DNA of 64,000 bases from Balanoglossus misakiensis (GCA_040954595.2 CM082584.2:2697344-2761343), one strand, 5' to 3'; shown: positions 37,701-50,924, counted from the first letter of the stretch. Numbers and translations: made by a program. The notes: generated by a model from the sequence alone, not told the origin.

Positions 37701-40700
37701 CGCCATTTACCCTGATGCAAACAATCAGATTCAATGTCATCGTTGCATTAGCAATGTCAAATTAGAGTGCTTTTGGCCACGTATTAACCTATGGATTTAC
37801 ATTTAACATTAAATACCCATGTGAAAGTGCAGAGTTTGCATCACCATCTACTGTGATGCATCATTGAGCTTGCTTCGCCATTTGCCCTAATGCAAAGAAT
37901 CCCATTCAATGTCACCATTGCATATGCAATGTCAAAGTACAGTGCTTTCCGCCACGTATTAACCCAGGGATTTACAGACAACTTTAAATCCCCCAGTAGG
38001 CATTTTATACCCATGTCAAAGTGCAGAGCTTGCATCACTATCTACCCTGATGCATCATCAACCTTGCTTCGCCATTTACCCTGATGCAAAGAATCAGATT
38101 CAATGTCATCGTTGCATTAGCAATGTCAAAGTACAGTGCTTTTGGACACGTATTAACCCACAGATTTTTCAACAACATGAAATCCCCATATGCATTTAAT
38201 ACCCATGTCAAAGTGAAGTGTTTGCATCACTATCTACCCTGATGCATCATAAAGCTTGCTACGCCATATACCCTGATGCAAAGAATCAGATTCAATGTCA
38301 TCGTTGCATTAGCAATGTCAAAGTACAGTGCTTTTGGACACGTATTAACCCACAGATTTTTCAACAACATGAAATCCCCATATGCATTTAATACCCATGT
38401 CAAAGTGAAGTGTTTGCATCACTATCTACCCTGATGCATCATCAACCTTGCTTCGCCATTTACCCTGATGCAAAGAATCAGATTCAATGTCATCGCTGCA
38501 TTAGCAATGTCAAAGTACAGTGTTTTTGGACACGTATTAACCCAGGGATTTACAGACAACTTTAAATCCCCCTGTAGGCATTTTATACCCATGTCAAAGT
38601 GAAGTGTTTGCATCACTATCTACCCTGATGCATCATAAAGCTTGCTACGCCATTTACCCTGATGCAAAGAATCAGATTCAATGTCATCGTTGCATTAGCA
38701 ATGTCAAATTAGAGTGCTTTTGGCCACGTATTAACCTATGGATTTACATTTAACATTAAATACCCATGTGAAAGTGCAGAGTTTGCATCACCATCTACTC
38801 TGATGAATCATTACGCTTGCTTACGAATTTGCCCTAATGCAAAGAATCCCATTCAATGTCACCATTGCATATGCAATGTCAAAGTACAGTGCTTTCCGCC
38901 ACGTATTAACCCAGGGATTTACAGACAACTTTAAATCCCCCTGTAGGCATTTTATACCCATGTTAAAGTGCAGAGCTTGCATCACTATCTACCCTGATGC
39001 ATCATCAACCTTGCTTCGCCATTTACCCTGATGCAAAGAATCAGATTCAATGTCATCGCTGCATTAGCAATGTCAAAGTACAGTGTTTTTGGACACGTAT
39101 TAACCCAGGGATTTACAGACAACTTTAAATCCCCCTGTAGGCATTTTATACCCATGTCAAAGTGAAGTGTTTGCATCACTATCTACCCTGATGCATCATA
39201 AAGCTTGCTACGCCATTTACCCTGATGCAAAGAATCAGATTCAATGTCATCGTTGCATTAGCAATGTCAAATTAGAGTGCTTTTGGCCACGTATTAACCT
39301 ATGGATTTACATTTAACATTAAATACCCATGTGAAAGTGCAGAGTTTGCATCACCATCTACTTATGCATCATTGAGCTTGCTTCGCCATTTGCCCTAATG
39401 CAAAGAATCCCATTCAATGTCACCATTGCATATGCAATGTCAAAGTACAGTGCTTTCCGCCACGTATTAACCCAGGGATTTACAGACAACTTTAAATCCC
39501 CCTGTAGGCATTTTATACCCATGTCAAAGTGAAGTGTTTGCATCACTATCTACCCTGATGCATCATAAAGCTTGCTACGCCATTTACCCTGATGCAAAGA
39601 ATCAGATTCAATGTCATCATTGCATTAGCAATGTCAAAGTACAGTGCTTTTCGACACGTATTAACCCACAGATTTTTCAACAACCTGAAATCCCCATATG
39701 CATTTAATACCCATGACAAAGTGAAGTGTTTGCATTACTATCTACCCTGATGCATCATAAAGCTTGCTACGCCATTTACCCTGATGCAAAGAATCAGATT
39801 CAATGTCATCGTTGCATTAGCAATGTCAAAGTACAGTGCTTTTGGACACGTATTAACCCACAGATTTTTCAACAACCTGAAATCCCCATATGCATTTAAT
39901 ACCCATGTCAAAGTGAAGTGTTTGCATTACTATCTACCCTGATGCATCATAAAGCTTGCTACGCCATATACCCTGATGCAAAGAATCAGATTCAATGTCA
40001 TCGTTGCATTAGCAATGTCAAATTACAGTGCTTTTGGACACGTATTAAACCAGGGATTTATCATCAACTTGAAATCCCCATATGCATTTAATACCAATGT
40101 CAAAGTGAAGTGATTGCATCACTATCTACCCTGATGCATCATCAACCTTGCTTCGCCATTTGCCCTGATGCAAAGAATCAGATTCAATGTCATCGTTGCA
40201 TTAGCAATGTCAAATTAGAGTGCTTTTGGCCACGTATTAACCTATGGATTTACAGTTAACATTAAATACCCATGTGAAAGTGCAGAGTTTGCATCACCAT
40301 CTACTCTGATGCATCATTGAGCTTGCATGCCATTTGCCCTAATGCAAAGAATCCCATTCAATGTCACCATTGCATATGCAATGTCAAAGTACAGTGCTTT
40401 CCGCCACGTATTAACCCAGGGATTTACAGACAACTTTAAATCCCCCTGTAGGCATTTTATACCCATGTTAAAGTGCAGAGCTTGCATCACTATCTACCCT
40501 GATGCATCATCAACCTTGCTTCGCCATTTACCCTGATGCAAAGAATCAGATTCAATGTCATCGCTGCATTAGCAATGTCAAAGTACAGTGTTTTTGGATA
40601 CGTATTAACCCAGGGATTTACAGACAACTTTAAATCCCCCTGTAGGCATTTTATACCCATGTCAAAGTGAAGTGTTTGCATCACTATCTACCCTGATGCA

Positions 40701-42158
40701 TCATAAAGCTTGCTACGCCATTTACCCTGATGCAAAGAATCAGATTCAATGTCATCATTGCATTAGCAATGTCAAAGTACAGTGCTTTTGGACACGTATT
40801 AACCCACAGATTTTTCAACAACCTGAAATCCCCATATGCATTTAATACCCATGTCAAAGTGAAGTGTTTGCATTACTATCTACCCTGATGCATCATAAAG
40901 CTTGCTACGCCATATACCCTGATGCAAAGAATCAGATTCAATGTCATCGTTGCATTAGCAATGTCAAATTACAGTGCTTTTGGACACGTATTAAACCAGG
41001 GATTTATCATCAACTTGAAATCCCCATATGCATTTAATACCAATGTCAAAGTGAAGTGATTGCATCACTATCTACCCTGATGCATCATCAACCTTGCTTC
41101 GCCATTTGCCCTGATGCAAAGAATCAGATTCAATGTCATCGTTGCATTAGCAATGTCAAATTAGAGTGCTTTTGGCCACGTATTAACCTATGGATTTACA
41201 GTTAACATTAAATACCCATGTGAAAGTGCAGAGTTTGCATCACCATCTACTCTGATGCATCATTGAGCTTGCTTCGCCATTTGCCCTAATGCAAAGAATC
41301 CCATTCAATGTCACCATTGCATATGCAATGTCAAAGTACAGTGCTTTCCGCCACGTATTAACCCAGGGATTTACAGACAACTTTAAATCCCCCTGTAGGC
41401 ATTTTATACCCATGTCAAAGTGCAGAGCTTGCATCACTATCTACCCTGATGCATCATCAACCTTGCTTCGCCATTTGCCCTGATGCAAAGAATCAGATTC
41501 AATGTCATCGTTGCATTAGCAATGTCAAATTAGAGTGCTTTTGGCCACGTATTAACCTATGGATTTACATTTAACATTAAATACCCATGTGAAAGTGCAG
41601 AGTTTGCATCACCATCTACTCTGATGCATCATTGAGCTTGCTTCGCCATTTACCCTGATGCAAAGAATCTGATTCAATGTCATCGTTGCATTAGCAATGT
41701 CAAAGTACAGTGCTTTTGGACACGTATTAACCCAGGGATTTATCATCAACTTGAAATCCCCATATGCATTTAATACCCATGTCAAAGTGAAGTGATTGCA
41801 TCACTATCTACCCTGATGCATCATCAACCTTGCTTCGCCATTTGCCCTGATGCAAAGAATCAGATTCAATGTCATCGTTCCATTAACAATGTCAAAATAG
41901 AGTGCTTTTGGACACGTATTAACCTATGGATTTACATTTAACATTAAATACCCATGTGAAAGTGCAGAGCTTGCATCACCATCTACTCTGATGCATCATT
42001 GAGCTTGCTTCGCCATTTGCCCTAATGCAAAGAATCCCATTCAATGTCATCGTTGCATTAGCAATGTCAAAGTACAGTGCTTTCCGCCACGTATTAACCC
42101 AGGGATTTACTGACAACTTTAAATCCCCCTATACACATTTTATACCCATGTCAAAGTG
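16720..42158. repeat. Satellite I main array (~25.4 kb, ~135 monomers) with higher-order repeats
   Basis: Five monomer types (194, 194, 192, 192, 175 bp) sum to 947 bp, matching the spacing of the repeated ORFs at 21355/22302/23249/24196/25143; other spacings are 561-563, 753-755, 1139-1141, 1331-1332 and 1525 bp. Confidence 0.98.
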
Positions 42159-42208
42159 CCAGGGTTCGAACCCATGATCCTCTAACCACTGGACTATGAC
42201 TATGTGAC
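42159..42208 (-). other. tRNA-derived (SINE-like) Pol III promoter head, internally shortened
   Basis: Minus strand reads gtcatagtccagtggttaga (A-box-like TAGTCCAGTGG) - ggatcat - gggttcgaaccc (B-box) - tggcactttgacatggg (satellite); the anticodon arm is absent. Confidence 0.6.
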
Positions 42209-43369
42209 AGAATGACCTTTCTGTATGGTGCCTTGTTTAGCTCCTAGTCAGATTTCAAGAAAATGTGGAAAAGTGCAAATTAGTCTCTTTGAATTTCCAA
42301 CAACTCAGTTTGTCAGCTCCCATATCCCAGTTCTCTGACCAGTTCCCGTTCTTCTTAGATGTCACAATACTGATCACAAGACATGCAGTTGTACACTTTG
42401 CGGAAAACATTATGAATATATGCAGATAAGAAAAGACTTACTTGTGGGCAATTTAAACACAACATTTTGAGTAAAGTGGGTAAAATAGGATTAAAGTTGG
42501 TTTATAAAGGCATATCGAAAAGAATCTACTTCAATTTGTTCATTTCTGAAATTTGAGAATATGAATATGCATGTTTTATTTGCCATATATGAACACCAAT
42601 GAAAAGTTATGTTTCCAGCTTAGGTATTGGTGGATTTGAACCACCTGACATCAGAAGACGCCTCCAGAATACCTCTAATTTGGTTGCATAATTTTCATGT
42701 GAATGTTCATAATATAGCGATTGATTAATCCCTAATTTTTTATTTTTATTTTTTTTTGAGGGGGGGGGGGGGGGGGCTGGAGGGGGGTGGAGGTTCAAGT
42801 AGTAAATCTTGCAGGCCAATTTGAAACAATGTGTCATGTAGTTAACCTGAAAGAAATTAACACAAATAGTTTCTGCTCTTTTTGAAACAAGGTGTCATGT
42901 GGTTGAACTGTGACAATGGGCCAGTCAAAATAGCATCTGCAAATTATGCACACAATAGAGTGATGGGTTAGTGGGTTAAGTTTACTTTTACCTTAGCATT
43001 ATATAACACACTATCGTGTACATAATCTCGCAGAGCTCTATCATAATTGTTTTCAAATAAAGCAAGATAACTACTTGTATGATTACATATCTAATTTACG
43101 CGCCTAAAGGGCAGTTAAAAACCTCAGACCAGTTACAAAAGAGGAAAAAAAAACTGTCCTCTCCTCCTCTCACCCCATGATCTAAGCTAAATTTGGAATT
43201 TGGATGGGGTGGGGAGGTTTAGCTAACCTAACATGTTCTGCCTGTCTGTCGCGTACAATGTGTCCATGCGCGAATACGATCACGGGTACCGTTGCGAGAA
43301 ATTCCACCGAATAACGATGCTGACGAGTATTATCTATCTGAGAAATAATAGCATGTTATTCATAAAACA

Positions 43370-43990
43370 TACACATTAACCAATTAATGAACCAACATGA
43401 TTATTAGACCCTGGACACTTATTTAATGTTATATCATTATTATACCTCTGTCATCATCATCAATATTAACACCCTTGTATACTTAATATCACCATAAGCC
43501 ATCACCGCAATTATTAATCGTTATTATACCTTTCCATGATTGTTACCTTTATTAAACCCGACACAGTTATCACCATTTATTATACCCTTCTCATTCATAT
43601 ACCCATTATAACCTGTGTACACAAGTCATCATCATATTATAAACCCATTATTATACCTTTTATACCAGTCACATTTGTTACCCTATTATCATTCCCTTCA
43701 TCCAAAAAACCACTGTTACCCCTGTATAACCTGTGTACACTCAAATTTTACCATAAGCCATCATCACATTTGTAACCCTTTTATTAAACCATTCATATTT
43801 GTTCGCCTTTATTATACCATACACATTTATGAACCTATTATCATACCCTGCACAAAGCCATTGCTGTTAACCTCATTTTAGCATAAGTAATCACTACCAA
43901 TTATTAACCAGATTTATTGGACTATTAAGTTTTATATTACGATCACTTCGTTTTGTACTCCTATATAACTCTACCTCATAATTTCGGTCA
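43370..43990. repeat. Degenerate low-complexity / old minisatellite (TATACC, TTAAACCC, CATTAT motifs), G-poor on the + strand
   Basis: Recurrent tatacc(c), aaccc, atcacc, cattat and ctgtgtacac motifs. Confidence 0.6.
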
Positions 43991-44016
43991 ATAGGTTTAT
44001 TATGTTGAAACTCCAC

Positions 44017-44615
44017 TTCTCCATCCTTCCACATCTCCATCCTTTAAGTTGACGCTCCACGGCACCATCCATCCACCAAAGTTTATATTTCAGCAGGTTG
44101 ACTATGGTTGACGCCCCGCACCATCCATCCATCAAAGTTTAATATTAGTAGGTTGACTATGGTTGACACTCCGCTCCATCCATCCATCCATCAAATTTTA
44201 CGTTAGTAGGTTGATTATGGTGTTACCAGTGAGCCCTACAGGAAAAAAAGAGAAAAAAGAGAAAAAAAAACTCTTCTTCTCCATCCTTCCACTTCTCCAT
44301 CGTTTAAGTTGACGCTCCATGGCACTATCCATCCATCAAAGTTTATATTTCAGCAGGTTGACTATGGTTGACGCTCCGCCCCATCCATCCATCAAAGTTT
44401 ATATTTAGTAGGTTGACTATGGTTGACGCTCCGTTCCATCCATCCATCAAAGTTTAATATTAGTAGGTTGACTATGGTTGACGCTCCGCTCCATCCATCC
44501 ATCAAAGTTTATATTAGTAGGTTGACTATGGTTGACACTCCGCTCCACCCATCCATCAAATTTTACGTTAGTAGGTTGATTATGGTGTTACCATTGGGGC
44601 CTACAGGGAAAAAAA
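44017..44615. repeat. ~55-bp minisatellite nested in a two-copy tandem duplication
   Basis: Unit aggttgactatggttgacgctccgctccatccatccatcaaagtttaatattagt at 44095, 44150, 44208 and at 44355, 44410, 44465, 44519, 44573; both blocks start ttctccatccttccac and end cctacagg(g)aaaaaaag. Confidence 0.92.
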
Positions 44616-44729
44616 GAAGAGAAGAGAGAAAAAAGAAAGAAAGAAAGGAAGAGAGAGAGAAGAAGAAGAGTACCGGTGGGACCTACAGAAGAAAAAAGAA
44701 TGAAAGAATTAAATACATGAAATCAATGA

Positions 44730-46130
44730 TAATTAAAGCTGCAAGCAGCGTTGGTGGGGCACAAACGGTTCCCATGGTAACCAGCGAATCCCAAAGCTGT
44801 ATCTGCTGTGGATACCAAGATATGGGAAAGTAGGTCAAAGGTCACCTGAGTTCACCCAAATTTGGGCGAAACATTTTGACACCATACTTGTCCATGACCA
44901 ACAAAAACCAAACCTCTAGCCCTATTGGTTAGCCTGGAATTAGATATGTGCATAATTAATGAGGTAACATAAAAGACCCCAAAAGGTGTTCAATCCCTCC
45001 AAAAGCCAAGGCTCTATCCTGTCTGGATGCCGAGATATAGGGAAGAAGGTCAAAGGTCACCTGAGGTCACCAAAATTTGAGCAAAATTTTGACACCACAT
45101 ATGTCCTTATACAACAAAAACCAAACATCTAGCCCTGTTGGTTAGCTTGGAATAAGATATGCACATAATTAATGAGGTATTGTGTAAGACTCTATTAGGT
45201 GGTCAATCCCCCCATAGCCAGGGCTGTAACTGCTCTGGAAGCTGAGATATGGGAAAGTAGGTCAAAGGTCACCCAAAATTTGGGCATAAAAGTTTGACCC
45301 CATAGTGGGCCATGTCCAACAAAAACCAGACCTGGAGCCCTATTGGTTAGCCTGGATTTAGATATGCAGAAAAATGATGTTTCAGAAATAGGTCAAAGGT
45401 CATTGCCAAAATATTTGTGTCATGTCCTGACAGCATTGGTACCCATGTCCACAAAATTCATGACTGTAGTGCTTTTACAAGAGGAGGTATGGGGAATATG
45501 CATATATAATTAGTTGGTTTAAAACTGGGTCAAAGGTCATGTGAAAATTGCCCCCCAAAATTGTGACAAGTTCCGGTCATATGATGACTTATATCCACAA
45601 AAATAATTTCCTTGGTGTCAACATTTTGGCTATAGAACGGAATTTACATTTTTCAATGGTTTTCAGGAAATCCAATATGGCCGCCATAATGATCGACCAA
45701 TCACAGTGCACTTCGCAAACTTGAAAGACATAGGTTAGGTGACTGCATACCCCGAATCCCATAACTCGGCGATCACTGCTTCTGGAGAAGAAGATTTTAA
45801 AAGTTTTAAGTAGTTTTTCAGAAAAAAAATTGTAGCAAAAAAACTTTATATTTGACATCATGATTTCAATGGGGTAAAATGATGGACAGAAGGTAGGCTA
45901 CCTGCACACAAAATTTGAACTCGATTGGCCCAGTAGTTTTTGAGAAGGAGTCATTTAACGGTTTTCGGAAAATCTAATATGGCCGCCAGGTCACGTGACT
46001 AATTAAATATTCACGGCCACTCTAGGTCTACTCATTGGCCCCTATCACCCTACCAAGTTTCAGCCCTGTAGGTGCTGCGGTTTTCCAGATCTACCTCGCC
46101 TGGCTTGTGCCCCTTATGATAGCATTAATG
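44730..46130. repeat. Interspersed repeat with three ~210-bp internal subrepeats, rich in AGGTCAAAGGTCA and AATATGGCCGCC; apparent progenitor of satellite II
   Basis: Subrepeats at ~44795, ~45005 and ~45218 (gctgtatctgctgtggat.cc.agatatgggaaagtaggtcaaaggtcacc...caacaaaaaccaaacctctagccctattggttagcctgga); the same motifs occur in diverged form in satellite II. Superfamily not assignable (HINE/Helentron-like is a guess). Confidence 0.65.
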
Positions 46131-49100
46131 TTGCAAGCCAGCCCAACCCAACAAACTGAGGGTCAAGGGGTACATATGGTCAATTAATAAAAAAAATAAG
46201 GTGCGACCAACATTGGCTAGGTCTAAGCAGTTCCTATGGATACCAGAGAGTGCCAATGCTATATCTGCTATGTTTATAGGAAAGTTGATCAAAGGTCACC
46301 AAGAGCTCACCCAAAATTGTCAACAAATTTTTCTTCCAAAATGATCAGTGTAAAATGAAAAACAAGACTTCTGGCTCTATTAGTTAACCTGGTTATTAGG
46401 TGTTCCAGCCTTCAAAATTGTAAGACGTTATCTACTGTGCATGCCAAGGCATGGAAAAATAGGTCCATCAAAAATGTCCAAAACCAAAGCCATCAAAAAT
46501 GTCAGAAAAAATTTTGATTGCATAGTGGTCTATGTTCAAGGAAACCCAGACTCAAAGCTTCATTGTCTAGTCTACAATTACGTAAGCACATATTTATAAG
46601 ATTATCATTGGTCAAGAAATTCAGCAAAAAAATTAAGTCCAAAAGTAGAGCATGTTCATAAAAAATTCAACCTGTAACAATATGGGTAAGCTCAGCATTA
46701 GATATGCACATATTTAATAAGGTCAACATTGGTCCAGTGGATTCCAAATGTAACAAAAATACCTAAGTCCCATACTTGTCCATATACATCAAAAACCAAA
46801 CCTCTAGTGCTACTAGTCTTGCCGCAATAAGATATTCAGAAAAGAATACAGGTGCCAAATGTAGAACGAAGTTCGATGCCAAAATATGTCCTGGCAGCAG
46901 TAATGTGACAAAAATCATCACTGTTGTGCTTTTCAACAAGAGGCACATCCACGAATAATTAAGTTCTGAAAAAAACTAGATCAAAATACATGCGAAAATT
47001 GCCAAAAAAAATGCAATGTATTCTGGTCATATGAAGACTCGTATCTATAAAAAGAATTGGTGTGCAATCAATGAGTAACCCAGAAAAAGGAAATTTTAGT
47101 TTTTAATCAGAATTCATAAAATCCAATTTGGCTTCAATAAGCTTTAATTAAGTTCTGAAAGATCTGGATCAAAGAACAAATGAAAGTTGCCAAAAATTTG
47201 TATTATTAGGTGTTGAAAAAGGTTGGATCAAAGGACATGTGAAAGTTGCCAAAAAATTGTAACATATTCTAGTCGTATGGTGACTCATATCCATTAAAGG
47301 AATTTGTATGCAATCAATGCATAGGCTAAAAATAGGAAAATTTAGTTCTTAATCGGAGTTTAGAAAATCTAATTTGGCTCCAATGAGATTTAACCAATCA
47401 AAATTCACTTGAAAACTTGATTAGATAAAAAAATGACAATTATAATGAGATTTTCAAAAATCCAATAAGGCATCAAAAGTCACATGACCACTAATGATAT
47501 TATTGTCAAACTTTGAACCGGACAGTCAATTAGTAATTGATTTGCCCTGCAGTTTTGAAAAAATATGTCAACTTGTAGAAATTATCAGAAAATCCAATAT
47601 GGCCGTCATGAAGAAGACAATTAAACTTACAAGCAGCATTGCAGGGGCTAAACTGGTTAGCATGGTTTCAAAAGAAAGCAAAGGCTGTATCTGTTGTGGA
47701 TGCCAAGAAATGGTAAAGTACTTCATTAGGTGTTCCAGTCCTCTAAATTTGAAACATGCATCTGCTGTGCATGCCAGGTTATGGGAACGTAGATCAAAGG
47801 TCATTGCCAAAATTATCAAAAAATAAGGTTATGTTCCGGCAGCAGCAGTACTTATGTAAACAAAATCATGACTGTTTTGCTTTTTAACAAGAATCGTATC
47901 CACATACAATTAAGTTCAGAATACACTGGATCAAAGGACATGTGTAGTTGTCAAAATTTTGTATAATCAAGTTCTGAGAAAACTGGATCAAAAACATGTA
48001 TTCTGGTCATATGGCGACTCGTATCCATACAAAAGTTTTATCCAATAAGGTTGAACCAATCACAATTCACTTGAAAACTTAAGTAGAAAAAGATTTTTGA
48101 CATTTTTAATGAGATTTTTCAAAAATCCATAATAAATCCAAAGTCACATGACCACTAACATTATTATTGAAAAAATTGGAACCGCACAGTAAATTAGAAC
48201 TTTATTGGCCTTGTAATTTTTGAAAAGAGTCAACTTTTAAAGGTTATCAGAAAATCCAATATGGCTGCCATGACGAAGACAAAGCTAAAAGCAGCATTGA
48301 AGGGACGAATGTGGTTAGCATGGTTCCAACAGAAAGCAAAGGCTGTATCTGTAGCAGATGCCGAGAAATGGTAAAGTAAGCCAGAGGTCATGCAAAATTG
48401 TGCTAACAAAATTTGATATCAAACTGATCAGTGTCCAACAAAATCCAGACTTCTAAGCTATATTGGTTAACTTGAAATTGCTTATGTACATAGTTATTGT
48501 GTTAACGTTTAATACTTCATTAGGTATTCCAGTCCTAAAAATTTGAAGGCTGTATCTGCTGTACATTCCAAGGCATGGGATAGTAGATCAAAGGTCATTG
48601 CCAAAGTTATCAAAAGATTTGGGTTATGTCCTGGCAGCAGTAGTACTCATGTGAACAAAATCATGACTGTTGTGCTTTTTAACAAGAGGCATATCCACAT
48701 AAAATTAAGTAGTGAACAAAAATGGATTAGAGAATGTGTGAAAGTTGCCAAAAAATGTAACGTATTCTAGTCATATGGTGACTCATATCCATAAAAAATA
48801 TTTGTGTGCTATCAATTAGTAGGCAAGAAATAGGAAAATGTATTTGTTAATCGGATTTTAGAAAATTCAATTTGGCTCCAATAAGGTTAAACCAATCACA
48901 ATTCACTTGAGAACATGATTAGGAAAAATAAATGAGATTTTTTAATGAGATTTTCAAAAATCCAATAAGGCATCCAAAGTCACATGACCACTAATGATAT
49001 TATTGTCAAACTTTGTGAACAGTAAATTAGAACTTGATTCGCCCTGCAGTTTTGAAGAAAGTCAATTTTTATAGATTATCAGAATATCCTATATGGCAAC

Positions 49101-50793
49101 CATGAAGGAGACAATTAAAGCAACATGCAGCATTGCAGGGGCCAAAGTGGTTAGCATGGTTCCAACACAAAGCAAAGGCTGTATCTGTTATGGATGCTGA
49201 GAAATGGTTAAGTAAGTCAGAGGTCATGCAAAATTGTGCTAACAAAATTTGATATCACACTGATCCGTATCCAACAAAAAGCCAGACTTCTAACTCTATT
49301 GGTTAATTTGAAAAAGCTTATGTACATAAATATTGTGTTAAAGTTTAAACTTCATTAGATGTTTAAGTCCTCCAAATTTGAAGAATGTATCTGCTGTGCA
49401 TGCCAAGTTATGGGGAAGTACATCAAAGGTAATTGCCAAAATTATCAAAATATATTTGTTATGTCCTGGCAGCAGTAGTACTAATGTGAACAAAATCATG
49501 ACTGTTGTGCTTTTAACAAGAGGCATATCCACATAAAATTTAGTTCTGGAATTACTGTATCAAAGGAGATGCGAGAGTCACCAGCAAATTGAAATATATT
49601 CTTGTCATATGGTGACTCATATCCATAAAAATTATTTGTGTGCTTTCAATGAGTAGGCTAGAAATAGGAAATTTTAGTTTTTAATCGGAGATCAGAAAAT
49701 CCAATATGGGTCCAATTAGTTTTAACCAATCACAATTTACTTGAAAACTTGATTAGAAATAGATTTTTGATTTGTTTTATGATATTTTTCAAAAATCCAA
49801 TTATGCATCCAAAGCCACATGACCACTACTGATACTATTATTGTCAAACATTGAACCGCACAGTAAATTAGAACTTGATTGGCCCTGTATTTTTTGAAAA
49901 AAAATGTCAAGTTTTAAAGGTTATCCGAAAATCCAATATGGCCACCATGAAGAAGACAATTAATACTAAAAGCAGCATTGGAGGGACCAAAGCGGTTAGC
50001 ATGGTTCGAACAGAAAGCAAAGGCTGTATCTGTTATGGATGCTGAGAAATGGTAAGTAAGCGAGAGGTCACGCAAATTTGGGCCAACAAATTTCGATATC
50101 AAACTGAGCTGTGTCCAACAGAAAACAGACTTCTCAGCTCTATTGGTTAACTTGAAATTGCTTATGTACATAATTATTGTGTTAAAGTTTAATACTTCAT
50201 TAGGTGTTTCAGTCCTCTAAATATTTTGTTTATTTCCTGGCAGCAGAAAGCAAAGGCTGCATCTGTTATAGATGCAAAACTCCTGTGAACAAAATCATGA
50301 CTGGTGTGCTTTTTGACAAGAAGCATATCCACGCACAATTAAGTTCTGGAAAAAATGGATCAAAGGACATTCGAAAATTGCCCAAAAATTGTAATATAAT
50401 CTGGTCATGTGGTGACTCATATCTATTAAAAGAATTTGGGTAGGCTAGAAATAGGATTTTTTTTAAATCGTGTGTTTAGAAAATCCGATTTGGCTTTAAT
50501 TAGGATAAACCAATCACAATTCACTTGAAAACGTGATTAGGAAAAGATTTGTGAAATTTTTCATGAGATTTTTCAAAAATCCAATATGGCAACCAAAGTG
50601 ACATGACCACTAATGATATTATTGTCAAACATTAAACCGCACAGTAAATTAGAACTTGATTTGCCTTGTAGTTGTTGAAAAGATGTAAATTTTTAAGTGT
50701 TATCATAATATCCAATATGGCCGCCATTAAGAAGAAATGGGATGGGCCCAAGCAGTTAGCATGGTTCCAACAGAAAGCAAAGGATGTTTTGTT

Positions 50794-50924
50794 AAAAAAA
50801 TCATATGAAAACTCATGTGTTCGAAAGAGCATACAGTGTGGTTTAACCGTGAGCGTCATTGGGCAAAATTTCTTTTTGGATTTTGGCGCTATATAAACTT
50901 TTTTGCTTGATTGATTTGATTTGA
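50794..50924 (+). mobile_element. 131-bp 5'-truncated non-LTR retroposon 3' end (L2/CR1-type LINE or partner SINE), 7-bp TSD
   Basis: ttttgtt at 50787-50793 and 50925-50931; 3' end gagcgtc...ggcgctatataaac followed by a (TTGAT)n-like tail; empty site aggctgttttgttgtggatg at 58941 and ~59820. Confidence 0.8.

Noticed and set aside
12830-41483. Dozens of 64-65-aa ORFs (MMQALHFDMGIKCLQGDLK...) as a tandem peptide gene family
   Set aside because: They are by-products of the 194-bp monomers, are broken in the 192- and 175-bp types, appear on both strands, and have no splice or domain evidence
12773-42158. CRISPR array or repeat-spacer system
   Set aside because: The variable parts fall into five recurring types rather than unique spacers; no cas genes; eukaryotic context
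42159-42208. Functional tRNA gene
   Set aside because: No anticodon arm and no acceptor stem; kept only as a tRNA-derived head
42326-42347. Possible right TIR of the 6463 Zator-like element (cccagttctctgaccagttccc)
   Set aside because: Only a 9-bp core (tctgaccag) matches; no TAA follows and there are no subterminal GACCCTCCCC repeats
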